Assembly (NCBI RefSeq): GCF_021028975.2
Contig: NC_059430.1
Coordinates: 35,216,001 to 35,280,000 of the forward strand
Origin: Sphaerodactylus townsendi
Lineage: Eukaryota
Direction of reading: 5' to 3'
Length of the DNA stretch: 64,000 bases
Shown: positions 1 through 13,584 of the stretch, one piece after another
Position numbering within the stretch: the first letter of the stretch is position 1
How the letters are laid out: every line of letters starts with the position of its first letter
Position numbers and translations under genes: made by a program
Notes under the pieces: model-generated
Told to the model about the DNA's origin: nothing
Databases searched by the model: none
The model's input: the letters and a program-made list of their open reading frames with translations, nothing else

Positions 1-815
1 GCCACTTCCTGAAGACTCTTTGCTGCCAGGGGTGCAAGCCATATAAGCCCACGTCTGGGCAGGTTACCCCTTGGCTTGCTCCACCCCTAACCTCATAAGG
101 AGGTTTCTATAAAGCGGGCATTTTGCCCGCTGCCCCCCAAGCTAAAGATCAGTCCCCCATGCGCAAACCGCCAACCCTCTAACAAATAAACATGCATTAA
201 CAAAATGAAAGAAAAAACAGGGAGAGGTGGGTGGGAACTTGTTTTCTCCGGCAAAATGGGGGAGGGATTAGGCCAGGCCTGTATGGCACCTGCAGGCCTG
301 AAACCTCGCAAGCTCTAGCCAGCTCGCAAGGCGACGGGGAAAGCGGCAGCTGCCTAGGAGGCTGTCCCTTCCCCACCAGCAATGGCGGCTGCGGTAAGTC
401 TTGGCCACTATTTTTTTTAAAAAAAATTGTGGGTTGCATCTGAATAGCTACGTGGGTGCAGCCAGTCATAACACAAGATAATCAGGACGGCTGTTGGAGT
501 TCATTTCTGCGTGCCTGCATAGCTACACATGTATTGCCGAAATTGTTTTTTTTTAAAGAAGCATCTCTGAGCGAAGGCGTGAAAGCAACCCAGATTGTTT
601 CTGTGGCCTCCAGTCGCTGCCTGCACAGAACCCATGAGAATGGGAAAACAGGCAAACGGGTTCCTTTACCATGACTGCAACCAGTTATACATTTGCTGTG
701 TGGAACTGACCATAGAGATCCAAAATATAATTCATATATGTTCAGAACAGATGTCTAATGGGGGATGGGGGTGGTCCCTGATCCCACACTTCATACGGAC
801 CATTTGATGAACCAT

Positions 816-1068
816 AAAGAAGAAGAGTTTGGATTTGTACCCCACTTTTTCTCCTGTACGGGGACTCAAGACAGCTTACAAACTCATTTCTCCTCCTCTT
901 CCCACAACTGACATCTTGTCAGGTAGGTGGGGCTGAGAGAGTTCTTAGAGAACTGTGACTAAGCTCAAGGTCATCCAGCACCAGCAGGCTTCTCATGTAG
1001 GAGCCCAGGAATCAAACCCAGTTCTTGAACTTAGAGTCTACCTTCTCTTAACTACTATACTGGCTCTC
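816..1068 (-). mobile_element. tRNA-derived SINE (Squam3-like)
   Basis: (GAA)n tail, body aggtaggtggggctgagagagttc..gaactgtgact..caaggtca and antisense B-box ggaatcaaaccc; matches many other copies in the window. Family name from recalled consensus; boundaries approximate. Confidence 0.85.
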
Positions 1069-1639
1069 TAGCACTTTTTATTTCTGAAATGTCACAACTG
1101 GATGATATATGTCCATGCTGAGCAGCCTCTGGAGGCAACAACGCTACAGGTTTGCATGGCAGGGGCCACTCAGCTCAGACTCCACAATGGATGTTGGCTC
1201 ACCCACTGCCAACTCCCACCCTGCTGCCAACTGGTGTCAATGCAGGAAAAGAAAACAGATGAACTGATATTTATCATTGTTGCTGATGAAGGGTCCGGGC
1301 CAAGTGGCTCCTGCAACACTGGCAGAGCTACTTGGGCTTGGCTCTGCTTGGTCCTGGCCACCAGCGGTCCAGGACTGTTAGATTCAATGATGATTCAGCT
1401 GCTGGGCAAACTATTACAGGGGGAGGCACTTACCCTCTACTTCTGTCTCATCCCAGATGACACAACATGCCAGCAATCTATAACGGGGACAGGGAGGGTC
1501 AAGCCATAGACCCTGCTTCTATTCCCCCAGCTTGCCTTGCCTTGCCAAACCAGAGCCATTCTGCAGCAAGCCGAGCACATAATGGGGAAGCTCTCAAAAA
1601 CCAAGATTTAAGGCTTATGTAGAATCAGAATCAGAAAAA

Positions 1640-1780
1640 GGCCCCTTCTGCACACACAAAATAATGTGTTTTCAAACCACTTTCACAACTGTTTGCAAGT
1701 GGATTTTGCCATTCCACACAGCTTCAAAGAGCACTGAAAGCAGTTTGAAAGGGCATCATTCCGCATGTGCGGAATGAGCC
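1640..1780. mobile_element. 141-bp PIF/Harbinger-type MITE, copy 1
   Basis: TIRs ggccccttctgcacac / atgtgcggaatgagcc; near-identical to four other 141-bp copies. TSD not preserved (aaa/tag). Confidence 0.9.
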
Positions 1781-1789
1781 TAGGTCAGT

Positions 1790-3358
1790 GAAATGGTGCC
1801 GTGATTAGCGAGCCATGAAAATGCTGAGAACTGAAATACCTTTCAGGAAAATCCCAACCAGCGAGAATTCTTGGATGGCATCTTTATCATGCACACATCT
1901 GCTGATGCTTTCTGATCACTTGGGCCATTCCTGTAGTCTGAGATAATGATGAAGCCGCATAACGAGGCACTAAATTAAGAGATCAGAAACCTCCTGACCA
2001 CTCCTGAGTATTGGAAATGTATGCAACAAATGTTTCTAATGTATTAGAAACATTTATTGTTTTTAATGAATGGGTTATAGGTTAGGTCAGAATGCAAGTG
2101 AGTTCTGACTGCACATCTATATTGGAAATACTGTTGGAGTCACTAGCATTAGAGCTTATTATACTTTCTACATTATGCGGTAGCAAACCCGGATTTGCTA
2201 CAGTGTCCATCAGCCCTGGCTTTCTGATCAATGCCTCTTTGGGAATGCATGCATTTGCAAGCATGTGGTTCCCCTGTCCATATGTTACATTCACAAATAC
2301 AGTGTGTCAAAATGGCATTAGGAAGAGGCTCTAAATGCTTTGGAGTCTGCTTCAAGCATAGCATTTCTCCTGGATTTGGCATAACCCCTGCAGTTCTTTC
2401 CAATTCCGTTACTATTATATTAGGATTTAGCCTGCTCTGGAGATCAAACAGTTTCATCATAGTAACTGAGCTCTACAGTAATGGAAACATAAACCATAAG
2501 GAACAGATCTGGAGGAAGTGCCACTTGACGAGTAATCCTGTAGTAGCAAACACCTTTGATCTTGATCCTAATATTAAAGAAGACTTAACATTACATAGTG
2601 TTCTTTTATTTCAGTTGACTGGATTGTGGATTGCAAGACATGTCCTTTCGTCTCATGTTATAAAATTGTTTTCAATTATAAAACTGTTTTCTAATGCTTG
2701 TCCCTCCATCTTTTCATTTCCAGCACCTTCTGTATCTATAAATTCAATGAAGCCTACTCTTACCTACTATCACACCAAAATAGATTTGGCATCTTTAAAA
2801 TGCTATTGGATCTCCTTGTCCTACTTGCTGCCAGCACAGCTAGTCTTCTGGAAACTGTCACCATGCTATATATAATCTATGAATCAAAGCACAACCACTT
2901 GCCCTTGTCTCTGACCTGGAGACCAAACGAAGCAGGCACAAGCCAGCATAATGGGGAGAAGGGTGACTGACAGCAGGTATGCTGACATAACTCCACAGAA
3001 CGCTGATGGCTTCCCAACATAATGAATGGCTAGATTTGAGTCTGGTAGCACCCCAGAGACAAACAGGATTTTCTGGATCTGAGTTTTCAAGAGTCAAAGC
3101 TCCAGCTTTGATTTGGACCTAAAAAATGGACTTGAATGTAGCTGTTCTTCTGCAAACAGACATGGCTACCCGCTGCAACGATCACTGTAATCAGTCAATA
3201 TATATACAAACCAGATTAATATGCTGAAGTCAAACATGAATTGGTGTTTCAAGTGGATTTTAAAGTCTTTTTTTGTGCTTTAACTCTTACCTAGGTTTGG
3301 GCTAGATTAAATCCCAGTTTTAATACTCTCATTTTTGACAGTTTTCAACACTCTGCCT
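1790..3358 (-). pseudogene. Possible decayed large coding exon of an unidentified gene
   Basis: Repeat-free block with protein-like S/T/N-rich minus-strand frames (VESIISSNASDSNSISNIDVQSE; DTEGAGNEKMEGQALENSF) broken by stops and frameshifts; long antisense ORF 2231-2875; candidate acceptor near 3360. No homolog recognised. Confidence 0.3.
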
Positions 3359-3399
3359 GCTGAATACATGGTAGAAGATGCACAAGATAGATGCAACTT

Positions 3400-3402
<3 letters not shown>

Positions 3403-3463
<61 letters not shown>
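3403..3463. repeat. (AC)n microsatellite
   Basis: About 30 perfect AC units. Confidence 0.99.
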
Positions 3464-3464
<1 letters not shown>

Positions 3465-4085
3465 TCACATATGTACACACATAAAGACTCCCTTGCAGAC
3501 CTCTGCAGTACTTCCAGGGGAAGTAAGCTTTAAAACACATCAATCGTACCTGCCCTCATTTGAAGGTTCCTTTATGCAGCCTGGGCATTGTGAAGGAAGC
3601 CTCATGTGAACATATATGAGTATATTCCATATAGCATAGGAAACTGCAGTCTGGAGCAGAGGGGAGGGGTGAAAGCAGCTCAGGGAGCTGACCAGCCACC
3701 ATGCTTGTGCATCTTGGCATAGTGCCCTGCTACTGTGCTGTGGCTGGCCATCTGCATGATAGCCCCCTTCAGAACTTCACAGGCACAGCTTTCTGTGCCG
3801 ATGGGAGAAGGGGTGGGCCAAGGGATGCGGCAGAAGTTAGCCAGCCCCCAAAGTCAACCCAGCCTGGGAGTGCCCCTAAGAACTGATGTAAAGTTACACC
3901 ATCAGAAATTTAGAGACATCTAAATAGGTGTCTATTCAATGGGAAAAGAAAAATGTGTTCACATGCACAGTCCTGCCCACGTGCCCCAGTATAGCAAGAG
4001 ATGCACACTGTGGCTGCAGTGAATCACACTGCTTCCCAGTAGTGGCAGACCCATCATTACAATAGTGGCTAACCCCAGTAATACA

Positions 4086-4637
4086 TGTTCTGCCCCCCAA
4101 GTGAATCTATTTTCGGTGCTCTGTACTTGGCTAGGACAGAGTGGGGGAGACACAAGCCAGGTTCAACAGTTCAACAATAGGTTTATTACTGGAGAGAATC
4201 AAGACCCTAACTCCTCCCTTGGGTCTATCTAAATCAGAGTACTTGCTTGTCTTGAGCAGGTTTGAGGCTGCAGACTGTGTCTTCTCTTGGCTGCTTTCAG
4301 GAAAGTCCACTGTGTCTTGCTTCCTTTCAGTTCTTTCAGTCTTTGTCTAGTTCTAACTGCTGTTAAACTTAACTTGTGCTCTATGGACCACCATCTACTA
4401 ATATGTACGTCATGAATATTCCACTCTCCAACTACCCTTAGCACCTCACTCTGACTGGCTAGAACTAAAACAGGGGATTGCTGGGTAAAGAAATGAAAGT
4501 GCCTTTTGGGAAATGTCTTAAAGGGACAGGGGCTAACTAAAATACCCTCCCTTAGAAGACTTGAGAATGAACCAAAACCATGTAGAGAAAATGAAGTTTA
4601 ATGGGGAAATAACAAAAGCCTCTGTGGAGGCATGACA
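4086..4637 (-). mobile_element. Solo LTR
   Basis: TG...CA termini with imperfect inverted repeat (tgttctgcc / ggcatgaca), perfect 5-bp TSD ATACA (4081-4085, 4638-4642), AATAAA on minus strand near 4183. Confidence 0.85.
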
Positions 4638-4854
4638 ATACATAAACCTGAGTTAGGATTCCCCATAGCTTAGAGGAAAGGGTGGGTAGCATGGGTTTCT
4701 AAGGTGTCCAGTATGCAACTTTGAGCATGCAGCATTTCACCCTGGTGATGGGAAATGCAGAAATGGCACAAAGCATCACAGAAGGCATCTACTGCCGGCT
4801 GACTGGTGCCCTATACAGCACAAAGTAGAATAGATACCAATATTCTTGTGTAAT

Positions 4855-5085
4855 TGTATCCTGCTTTTCATCAGACTCAAAGTGGCTTTTCACAACTTTC
4901 CTCCCTCTTCCACTTAATCTTCACAAAAACAACCAAGTTTGGGTAGGGTAGGCTGAGAGACTGATGGGTCCAAGGTCACTTGGTGGGCATTCACAGTTGC
5001 CCACTTGGTGGGCATTCACAGTTGAGCAAGGGAATCAAACCCAATCATCCCAGATCCCAGCCCAGCACTCTAACCCCTGTACCAC
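4855..5085 (-). mobile_element. Old Squam3-like SINE with internal tandem duplication
   Basis: ggctgagaga..ccaaggtcac..ggaatcaaaccc..ctctaacc; segment cacttggtgggcattcacagttg repeated at 4977 and 5002. Confidence 0.7.
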
Positions 5086-7641
5086 AAGAGCCCTCTAGTT
5101 GAGGAGCAGCCCATGCAGTAGATGAGTAAGTGCCCTTTGGATGGCTATGACTTGTGTCTCAGGGGAGATATCCCAGCAAATAAAGTTCCCCACCATGGTG
5201 GAGGGAACCACAGACCGTATGGGACCCCACCAGCATGACTGCAGTGGTCAGAGTCACTGTGCTGTTCATTGTCACTGCATCTGTGCAGAAGTGAGTCAAC
5301 AGAGAGAAGACCAGGGAGGATGACATTCCTGGTGCAGAACAGGTTGGCTGCAGTGACCACCAGTGTGGATCCTGTGTCTCTGCCATGGGGCTTCCATTCC
5401 ACTGGTTCCAACCCAGTTCCTGCAGAACACCAACTCAGGTAGCTGTCCGTCCTTCAAGTCCAGCCCGCTCATGGGCATGCTGTGATGGGAAGGGCTTCTC
5501 TCATCTCCCCATGGCTTACCACAGCAGCTTGCAGAAGAACAAGGCCAGACTGGACACCTTGTTATTGTTTCCCTGTTGATGTTCAGTAAAGCAATGTACA
5601 GCTCTGTCCCTGTCAGTTAATTGTTGAGCAGAAAATATTTCCTCCCCACCCGTTCTCAGCATTCTCTGCTTCTTCTGTGAGCTCCCCCTAGTGCCACCTG
5701 GCGCTTTCTCCCTTTCACAGATCTGAAGAAGTGGTCTCTGACTCAAGGAAGCTCATGCTGGGATTGATGTTATTAGTCATTAGTCAATGGGCCTCTGTTT
5801 TAGCTGCATGATATAGCATAGTTTGGTTGCCCCTGGAAGACTGATGATAAGTCTTTGCAGCTCACCTCATTATCATAGTCATCCCTTTCCAGTCTATATT
5901 CCCTTCCTACTCACACACTCTTCTGGCTGATTGCATATGACAGAGGGCCATATGCTGTCCAGCAGATGTTGAAAAGCATCTTGTGTTTGCCACAAAATGG
6001 CCACAGCCTGGTCTAATCAAGGCCACTATGAACAAGAAATGATATTTGATTGAAGGGAATCACTGGAGTATCTGCCACTGTCATGGACCACAGAATAAAC
6101 ACTTATAATGTTTGATTGTTGAAAAATTGAATGCAAATAGATTGGGGGATATTTTTCTTGCTCCATATATGATAGCTATTTCTTGACTAGATAAAAATAA
6201 TGCCAAAAGACTAGCTTTTGTGTTTATAATCCTCTCAGACTTCAGAATATCTTTGCTCTATTTCAGATATATTTTCAATCTTCAGCAATTTCTATGTTTA
6301 TTACTGATGGTGCTACCAGTTCAAATAGCAAAACTTGGAGTAGGAGGCCTGTTAGAGGAAGTGAACTAACTTTTCACTTAGGAACATTTCTAAAAGGATT
6401 TGGGGTGCCCTCGCCACTGCTACCTCCCTGAAGATTGTTTCCTAGCCATTCAGACTCACTTATCTGTTTTCTCTCAGGCTCAGGAGATATCTGTGAGGCA
6501 AGTACAGTAAATTACACTGTCAAGCAGGATGTTATGGAGGGAAGTCTCTGGGAGATGAGTGCCAGAGCCTCTTGAGATAGCACTGAGATGAAAATGGGTT
6601 ATAAATTAGAAGACTGGAGGGGGAGGGGATAGTACATTTAAAATTCTGCCCTTGACATTTACGTAGAGGCACCACAGCCTTGGCATCTAGTAGATATCGT
6701 CTCCTGTTGATTTGTTTTTCCAAACATCTAAGCATGTTATTGCTGCCTAGAACAGAACTTGTGACTCACCAAGCCAAACAAAAGTCCATTAACCTTGTAT
6801 TGTGTATTCCAGGTGTTTAACAGCTCCTCTGTTTTTGTAGCCATTGGAGCTGAGTTCCAAGTAGATTCATGGCATGCATTTGCCTTTTTGGATCTCCTTA
6901 ATACAATGTGGGGGGCAGTGGCAAGACATAACTTTTCAAATAAACAAGGGGTAGGAGAGGACTATATTTGGTACAATTTTGGGGTTGTGTCCTTGAACAT
7001 GAAGGGTTGTTTTATTAATAGCGTTTGTTCCTATAAAATTGTGAAGCATCTTGAATCCTGTAAGGGAGAAAGTTTGGTATGCAAATTCTGAAATGAATAA
7101 GTCCCAGGTACCATGACCCTTTAGATGATCTTAATACAGTCTTTTTGCAAAGTATGGTCCAATCTGTCTCCCTAATGAATCTGCTGTGTGCTGCTTTGTT
7201 TATGCATATTTGCAAGGAAACGAACTCTGACATCCATATCTAGGCATTGATGTTGAGAGCCACATGAACCAGATGGACTAATATTGTTTGCCGATTATTG
7301 GTATATACAGGAAGTTTCATTAACAATGATGTGAATGGACATTTCAAAATTTAAAGGGAAAGGTGTTTTTTTAATTATTAAATTGGTTTCCTTCTGTGGC
7401 ATAAGCTGGGTACTTTCTACCTTTCTTCTTTATCATGCAGTTTTTCTCCGGTGTTAAATTTCAGAAACTGTACAACTAAGCTGCTCCCCATTAATCTACT
7501 GTCTGTCTCCTTAATTGTTTTTCCTACACATCTCTATAAATAGATTCTGGCAACACTCACTCACTGCATTCTTTAGGTTGTGGATTCCTGTTACCTTGCA
7601 GAATTCTCTCCAATTAACTGTAGAAGGCTACACTTATATTA

Positions 7642-7782
7642 GGCCCCTTCCGCACACGCAAAATAATGCGTTTTCAAACCACTTTCACAACTGTTTGCAA
7701 GTGGATTTTGCCATTCCGCACAGCTTCAAAGAGCACTGAAAGGAGTTTGAAAGTGCATTATTCTGTATGTGCGGAATGAGCC
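7642..7782. mobile_element. 141-bp Harbinger-type MITE, copy 2
   Basis: TIRs ggccccttccgcacacg / tgtgcggaatgagcc; flanks tta/cta. Confidence 0.92.
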
Positions 7783-8773
7783 CTAGACTGAATGCTCTTT
7801 GGGGCAAAGACTTCTGTTGTTTTTGAAAAACATAGAGCTCCATTCAGTGGAGGGCAAATCCGCCCTTGGGAGCAGTGGGAAGCTGTGCCAGTAGATTTTC
7901 CCTCCCTGCGGCTCTTACCAAGGTGGAAGGGTGATTTTGCCAGTGAGTGGCCAACGCAGCCCTCCCTGGTGCTGAGATGGCCCCAATGTGGCTCCTGTGT
8001 CCCAGCACTTCTGCCGCTGCCACCATTCAGCACATTATTCTGGTGGCCACGAATGCACACTTACACCATCCTTTTGGGTGGCGTAAGTCTGTTAAACCCA
8101 GTGGGAGCTTCTTGGCAGTAGGCACTATAGCATCCATACCACATTGAAGTTCACTGGAATAAGCAATGACTTAATGTGCTAGCCATGCAAAGACTGTTTT
8201 CCAAAATGAATTATTTCCTGGAGGACAGTAAAAATTACTCTACTCCATTCTTTGAACTTTCACTGCTGTTTTCCTTGGGATGATTACAGTTATTGTCTGG
8301 AGCTGCCAGCAGTAATTTCACATCCATATGGTAGTGGTCAAAGTGAATCCTACAGTAGCAGGAGCATGTTTTGCAAAGTTCCACATAGAAAACTACTAAT
8401 GTGATTGCACGTTTTTAACAGCCCAAACTTATAACAGCAACCCAAAGAAACATTTTTATTCCTTATAAAGAAGCATGTCTTCCTCCTCCTGCAAGCTGTA
8501 GGATATGAGGCAATGGATGTAAATTACAGCAGTGTATATTTCATTACATGAATGGAAAGTTTCATAATAGCCAGAGGACTGTGCATGTTTGTAGAATTGG
8601 TTTTCAAGGTACCGGGCTTGAGTCAACCCTCCTGCATTCCGGTTGTGGTTTCAGTTTGGAGGAAAGGAGCTGAGAAGCTGTGCTTTGAACTGAAAGTCCC
8701 AGCTGAAGTCTCACTCCTTCTAAATCCATTGAAACCAATCCTAAAAGCAATTTCCTGGTATTAAGCCTTATTG

Positions 8774-9080
8774 AGAGAGCCAGCATGTTGTAGTGGTTCA
8801 GAGTAAAGACTAATCTGGAGAATCGGTTTTGATTCCTCACTCCTCCATAGGAGTGGTGGACTCTTATCTGGTGAACTGGATTTGTTTTCCACATGAAGCT
8901 TGCTGGGTAACGTTGGGCTAGTCACAGTTCCTTCAGAACTCTCTCAGCCCCACCTACCTCACAAAGTGTGTGTTGAGGGGAGAGGAAGGGAAAGGAGTTT
9001 GTAAGCTGATTTGATACTCTTTTCATGAGAGAAAGATAGGGGTATCAATCCAAACTTTTCTTCTTACTCCTCTTCTTCTT
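8774..9080 (+). mobile_element. Squam3-like SINE
   Basis: gagagccagcatgttgtagtggtt tRNA-like head, ttgggctagtcacagttc..ctctctcagccccacctacctcac body, (CTT)n tail. Confidence 0.85.
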
Positions 9081-9113
9081 ATTGAATAGACCTTAGTGGG
9101 ACTCTTAAGGACT

Positions 9114-9331
9114 TAGGGTTGTCAGCTCCGCCTTGGTAGATTCTTACAGATTTGGGAGTGGTGCCTGGAGAAGGTGAAACTTGAGGAGGGTACCAAGTTC
9201 AGTGGCAGTGTGATGCCATACAGCCTATCCTCCAAGGGTGCCCTTTCCTCCAGGAGAACTGATCCCTGTAGTCTGGAGATCAACTAAAATTCCAGAAGAA
9301 GACCAGGCACCATCTGGAGGTTGGTAACCTG
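9114..9331. mobile_element. Non-autonomous DNA element with TAGGGTTGCCA-type TIRs
   Basis: tagggttgtca ... ttggtaacctga; related internal sequence at ~14415-14630, ~56070-56620 and ~63490-63590. Confidence 0.65.
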
Positions 9332-10159
9332 AGTCGCGATGACACTGTAGGTGACTATGGACAAATCATTCTCTGTTCTCAGCATCAGATACAGAATGAC
9401 AATACTTTGCATGAGTGCTGTGTGGCTTACTGGGATAACATACAGTTATGTGAATATTTTAAACACTATATAAATATGGACCAACATTTACCCTAAGATA
9501 GTTAATTCACTTTTGGGATGAAAGGCAAGCAAACTGCCTAAAAATTATCTAAGGCAAATCCTCTTTCAATTCAACAATTAATAACAACGCTTGATGATAT
9601 AAAAGAAGGTTGTTTTGAATTATTTTATTTGCTTTGGGATTTTGTTGCTAACTAAATCTAAAATATATTTCTTTGCTGATTGTAGCACCAGATGAATATG
9701 AGTGACCTGGGGATTTAGACAGAACTCTCCAGTACTCTGAAAAACCAATGCTGTAATCGGCTTGGTGTATGGCAGATCTCACGGGAGCTGGGAAATGACT
9801 GTATTATGAAGTCTAAATTGAACACTGACTTCAATTACGAAGTGTTAATAAACTCTCCACCAAGTGGTGGAGGAATCTTGATCAAGCTGGAGTACCTACT
9901 CAACCTTCTGGAACAGAGAAAGATCAAGATGCTATTTATTCCCTTCAGTGTTCAAAAGTCAGATTTTTCTGTGGGTGTAAAGATGAAAATCATCCTGGCC
10001 TGAAGAAAGCAAAAAATCCACAAGCCAGTCTTGTTAACCCTATATGAGTTTGGGCTGTTCTCGTCCTAAGACTCAAAAATTCCCTTGAAGGAAGAAACAA
10101 CAGTTAATTCCTAGTGGAATTATACCCTCCATTAAAGTCAATGTGCTCAGAAGGGTACA

Positions 10160-10350
10160 TACATGAAGCTGCCTTCCACTGAATCAAAGTCACTATTGTC
10201 TACTCAAACTGACAGAAGCCCCTCCAGGGTTTCAGGGTGAGGTCATTCCTATCATCTATGACCTAGTCCTTTTAACTGGAGATGCGGGGTATTGAACCCA
10301 AGACCTTCTGCATACCAAGCAAATGCACTACCACTGAGCTGTGGTCCCTT
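10160..10350 (-). mobile_element. tRNA-derived SINE (Squam2-like)
   Basis: Antisense B-box gggtattgaaccc and A-box ctaccactgagc; catgaagctgcctt tail; reverse of the copy at 31650-31843. Confidence 0.75.
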
Positions 10351-10832
10351 CTCCAGCCTCTCTCCCAATAAGTCTGCTGAGGATTGCACTGTAAGCTGCA
10401 TACAGTTCTAAGACTGATAACCTTAACTATGTTGTTGTAAGAAGTTATGATATGAGTAACTCTTGATAACTCAAGCTAGATGAATGGAAAAATACATGTC
10501 CTATTTTGCCTTTTGTTGAAAAAGAGATCAAGGGAAAGTCATTAAAGACAATGGTGTGTGGATATGGTAACCTATTCCATATTTACCCCAGGGGTCCCTA
10601 ATATTTTTCAGCCTGCAGCCGCTTTTGAAACACACAGGATGATGTATGCAACCACAAAATGGATGGTACAGGAGGCAGAACCAACAAAATTTCAGGGAAT
10701 GAGGTTAGGCGTAACTGGGATAGAACGTCTTCAACATTTTAGGCAGAAATTCTGTTTAAAAATAATTTTCCTTGCATACACACAAAATAAGGGCATGTGC
10801 TGAGGTCATTAAAAAAACCTTGATGGCTCAGG

Positions 10833-10968
10833 CCTATGGCACTCCAGATGTTCATGGTCTACAATTCCCATCAGCTTCTTCCAGCATGGCCAATTGGCCA
10901 TGCTGTCAGGGGCTGATGGGAATTGTAGTCCATGAACATCTGGAGTGCCATAGGTTCGCCACTCCCCT
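10833..10968. mobile_element. Palindromic hAT-type MITE, 5'-truncated, inserted in a 5S-SINE head
   Basis: Hairpin identical in design to 14863-15008; interrupts ggctcaggc..ctgatctcatcagatc. Confidence 0.85.
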
Positions 10969-11075
10969 GATCTCATCAGATCGCAGATGCTAAGCAGGGT
11001 TGATTCTTTTTAGTACTAGGATAGGAGACCACCCAAGCAGTCAAGGACTGCTATGCAGAGGCAGGCAATGGCACA
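10965..11075 (+). mobile_element. 5S rRNA-derived SINE (5S-Sauria-like) fragment
   Basis: cctgatctcatcagatcgcagatgctaagcagggt..tagtactaggataggagacc aligns with vertebrate 5S rRNA, then gcagaggcaggcaatggc. Confidence 0.75.
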
Positions 11076-11322
11076 TCTGTTTAATTTGATTTAACTTATT
11101 CGACTTAATAGGCCACCCCTACCTTTCCAGCTTGGCGTGGCTTACAGCGTAATTTAAAATACATCTAAAAAGTGTGAAAACATTCCAGCAATTCAATCAT
11201 TTCAACAAATCTGAGAGGTGGATATCACAATCCTATCAGTTGTAGCATACATCAGCATCCTAGCAAGTGGGTGGACAAAGGGAAAAAAGGAGAGGACTGA
11301 AAAGAGAAAAGAAAAGGAAGAG

Positions 11323-11362
11323 AGGGAGGGAGGGAGGGAGGGAGGGAGGGAGGGAGGGAGGG
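11323..11362. repeat. (GGGA)n microsatellite in a purine-rich tract
   Basis: Direct reading. Confidence 0.95.
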
Positions 11363-12214
11363 GGAAGGGAAGTGGAGGTCAAGAAAAAAAAGAGAGGGAA
11401 AAGGGAGTATGGCTGTATGGTTTGTCTCTTGACTTGAAAACCTATGGAATCGTTGTAAGTTGGCTGTATCTTGACTGTGATTTTCTCCATCAAGACACCT
11501 TCATTATGCACCTGTCTTCATTTTGCACGAATCCAATGCACTTCAGCAAAAAGAAAAGGAAAACAATCTTCCGCTTTTCTCTTTACACGAGCCCTTGATT
11601 CAAGAGCCCAGACTTTTGTAACCTGTTCTATAGCTTGTAACAATGACAGTTGGTGCAAAGGGCTGGTGAGAACTCCTTACATACATGTATAATGAGGGAG
11701 AGATTGCCAGCCAGAGTTTGATAGGAACAAAAATGATTCTTGAAAAGGGAACAAATTTTGATTCAGTGTTTTTATCAACTTTTGCCTGAATTAGAAAGAT
11801 ACATTCAAACTGGAAAGATGCGACAACTTTAACGGCAGTTCCAGTTAGGTGCATTAAACATTTCAGCCAAGTGGCACAACTATGTTTAGTCACACGTTTG
11901 CACAGAAAGCCACTGTCTGCAATGTACCATAAGCATCAGCAACTGAAAGAGCCCCACACACTTTCTAAAACCCTTGGTGGGCACCAGGAAAGGTGCTGGC
12001 AGGTGGCATGGCATCCACAAGTGCCATGCTGGAGACCCCTGCCCTACCCTTTAAAAAACTGCCGATACTAATCAGGCATCAGAAGCAGTAAAGATCAGCA
12101 AAGCCTAACTAACTAACTAAAGCCTAACTAGAGCAAAACTTATAGGATTTTTTAAAAAGTGCCATTCAGATGTCATTGTCAAAGAACCCTAACACCAGTA
12201 AGAACGGCATTAGA

Positions 12215-12370
12215 ACTGCTCCTAGCATTGTGCCTGAATCCATGGCTGATATCTTCAGAGGCACGTCAGAACAAGATGTGTTGAAACATTAGGAGCAAAA
12301 ATGACCAGGCAAAAGGTCAGGAACAAAAATGACCATGGCCACATAGCCCAGAAAACCTACAACAGCTAGT
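12215..12370. mobile_element. Penelope-like element remnant
   Basis: atcttcagagg (antisense HHR core), gaaacattaggagcaaaa, ggccacatagcccagaaaacctacaac; similar to 18212-18800. Confidence 0.6.
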
Positions 12371-12689
12371 CTGGCATAATTGTTTTGTTAGTCAAAAGGC
12401 AATCCTTCTCCCTCTTTCATTAACTTAAAAAGTGGCAAGATATGACTCAATACTGAGCTGGATGAAAGCAAATATATTTCAATTCAATCAAAACAAGGTG
12501 TAAGAGCAATGGTGATAGTAAGCAGCCTCATTGACAAAGGAGCACATGATTTGCACTTCTGTTAAGGTCCCCTATCACAGCTTAGAGATGCTTCTGGATA
12601 CAGAGATTAGCCATGGCCAACAGTACTTTTCACCCACTTTATTTTTTGCAGCAGTGGTAACCTTTCCTAAAAAGCTAGAACTGGGCCAC

Positions 12690-12905
12690 TTTCATAATGC
12701 TTTGGCAATCCCCTACTTGACTAATATAGTCTGCTAGGAGATTGCCTTTGGAAGTGGCTTAGAAAATTTAGCTGGCCCAGAATACAGTTGCCTGACTGTT
12801 GGAAGCGTGTCAAGGCAGTGTTGAAGAAGCTCCATTGGTGGCTGGCTAATTTCCAAGCACAATTCAAGGTTCTGATGTTAATATTTTTAAAGCCCTACAT
12901 GGGCT
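12690..12905 (+). mobile_element. L2 LINE ORF2 C-terminal fragment
   Basis: Translates to AVLKKLHWWLANFQAQFKVLMLIF, matching the L2 motif LHWLP..RxxFK. Confidence 0.75.
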
Positions 12906-13584
12906 CCTGCTTCCAAAGGAATTTTATGTGTTACGAGTGTTATGTAGTGCCATTGTTGTGGGCAAAGCATGTTAACATAGCATACGGCACAGGGTGACAA
13001 AATCTGCCAGGTGTTAAGATTTCACCTGGGTCTGATTTCCCCTCCCCATCTGTTGCATGCTTAAGGTAATTGGGATACTGTATCACTTTCAGATTTCCTA
13101 TGACAATACAGAAGAGTTGTTCAAAAATGTATCTATGCAGTTAGACAGGGAAATGGAAATTATTAGCCTCCGAAACTCACTTGTCTTCCATTCACTGCTC
13201 TAGTCTCTGGAGAAGAAGCATGCTGTAGGTCTCCATCTGGTTCTTTAATAAAACATAAATTATTTAAAAATATAAAACATTGATGACACTCTGTTCTGTA
13301 TAACAGAAAGATGTTCAAGTATTGACTGAGAATTGAGAAAGCTAGAGGAGTAATTAGGAAATGATTCTGTGCTATACTCCTTTGGCACAGACCATCTGAA
13401 GAAACTTAGAGCCCATGTTCATCTGTACTGTTAATGCATAGTAATAACTTATGCATATAATATGTATGGGGAGGTTATCATAGTTTTATGCAAAGAGTTG
13501 CAAGTTGCAACATTATACTTTTGTGTCATGGGCCAATACTTTAGTATCATTATATTACCATCTCAGTCATAGTAACGTCTCTAA

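Noticed and set aside
382-399. ATG GCG GCT GCG|gtaagt resembling a first coding exon
   Set aside because: No downstream plus-strand exons found; lies in an unclassified GC-rich repeat-like stretch at the window edge, and donors are common in local TEs.
3307-3609. ORFs with VCVC/THTH runs (also 50227-50580, 11218-11598, 20418-20772)
   Set aside because: Translations of microsatellites.
5720-5770. Second type of hammerhead-like motif (ctgaagaagtg..ggaagctca)
   Set aside because: GAAA core is mutated and the context is too short to support a call.
6790-7280. Possible Gypsy integrase remnant (SEFAY..LTGF on minus)
   Set aside because: Only one short motif; no DDE context recognisable.
10965-11035. 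5S rRNA gene
   Set aside because: Degenerate and fused to a SINE tail; not a functional rRNA gene.
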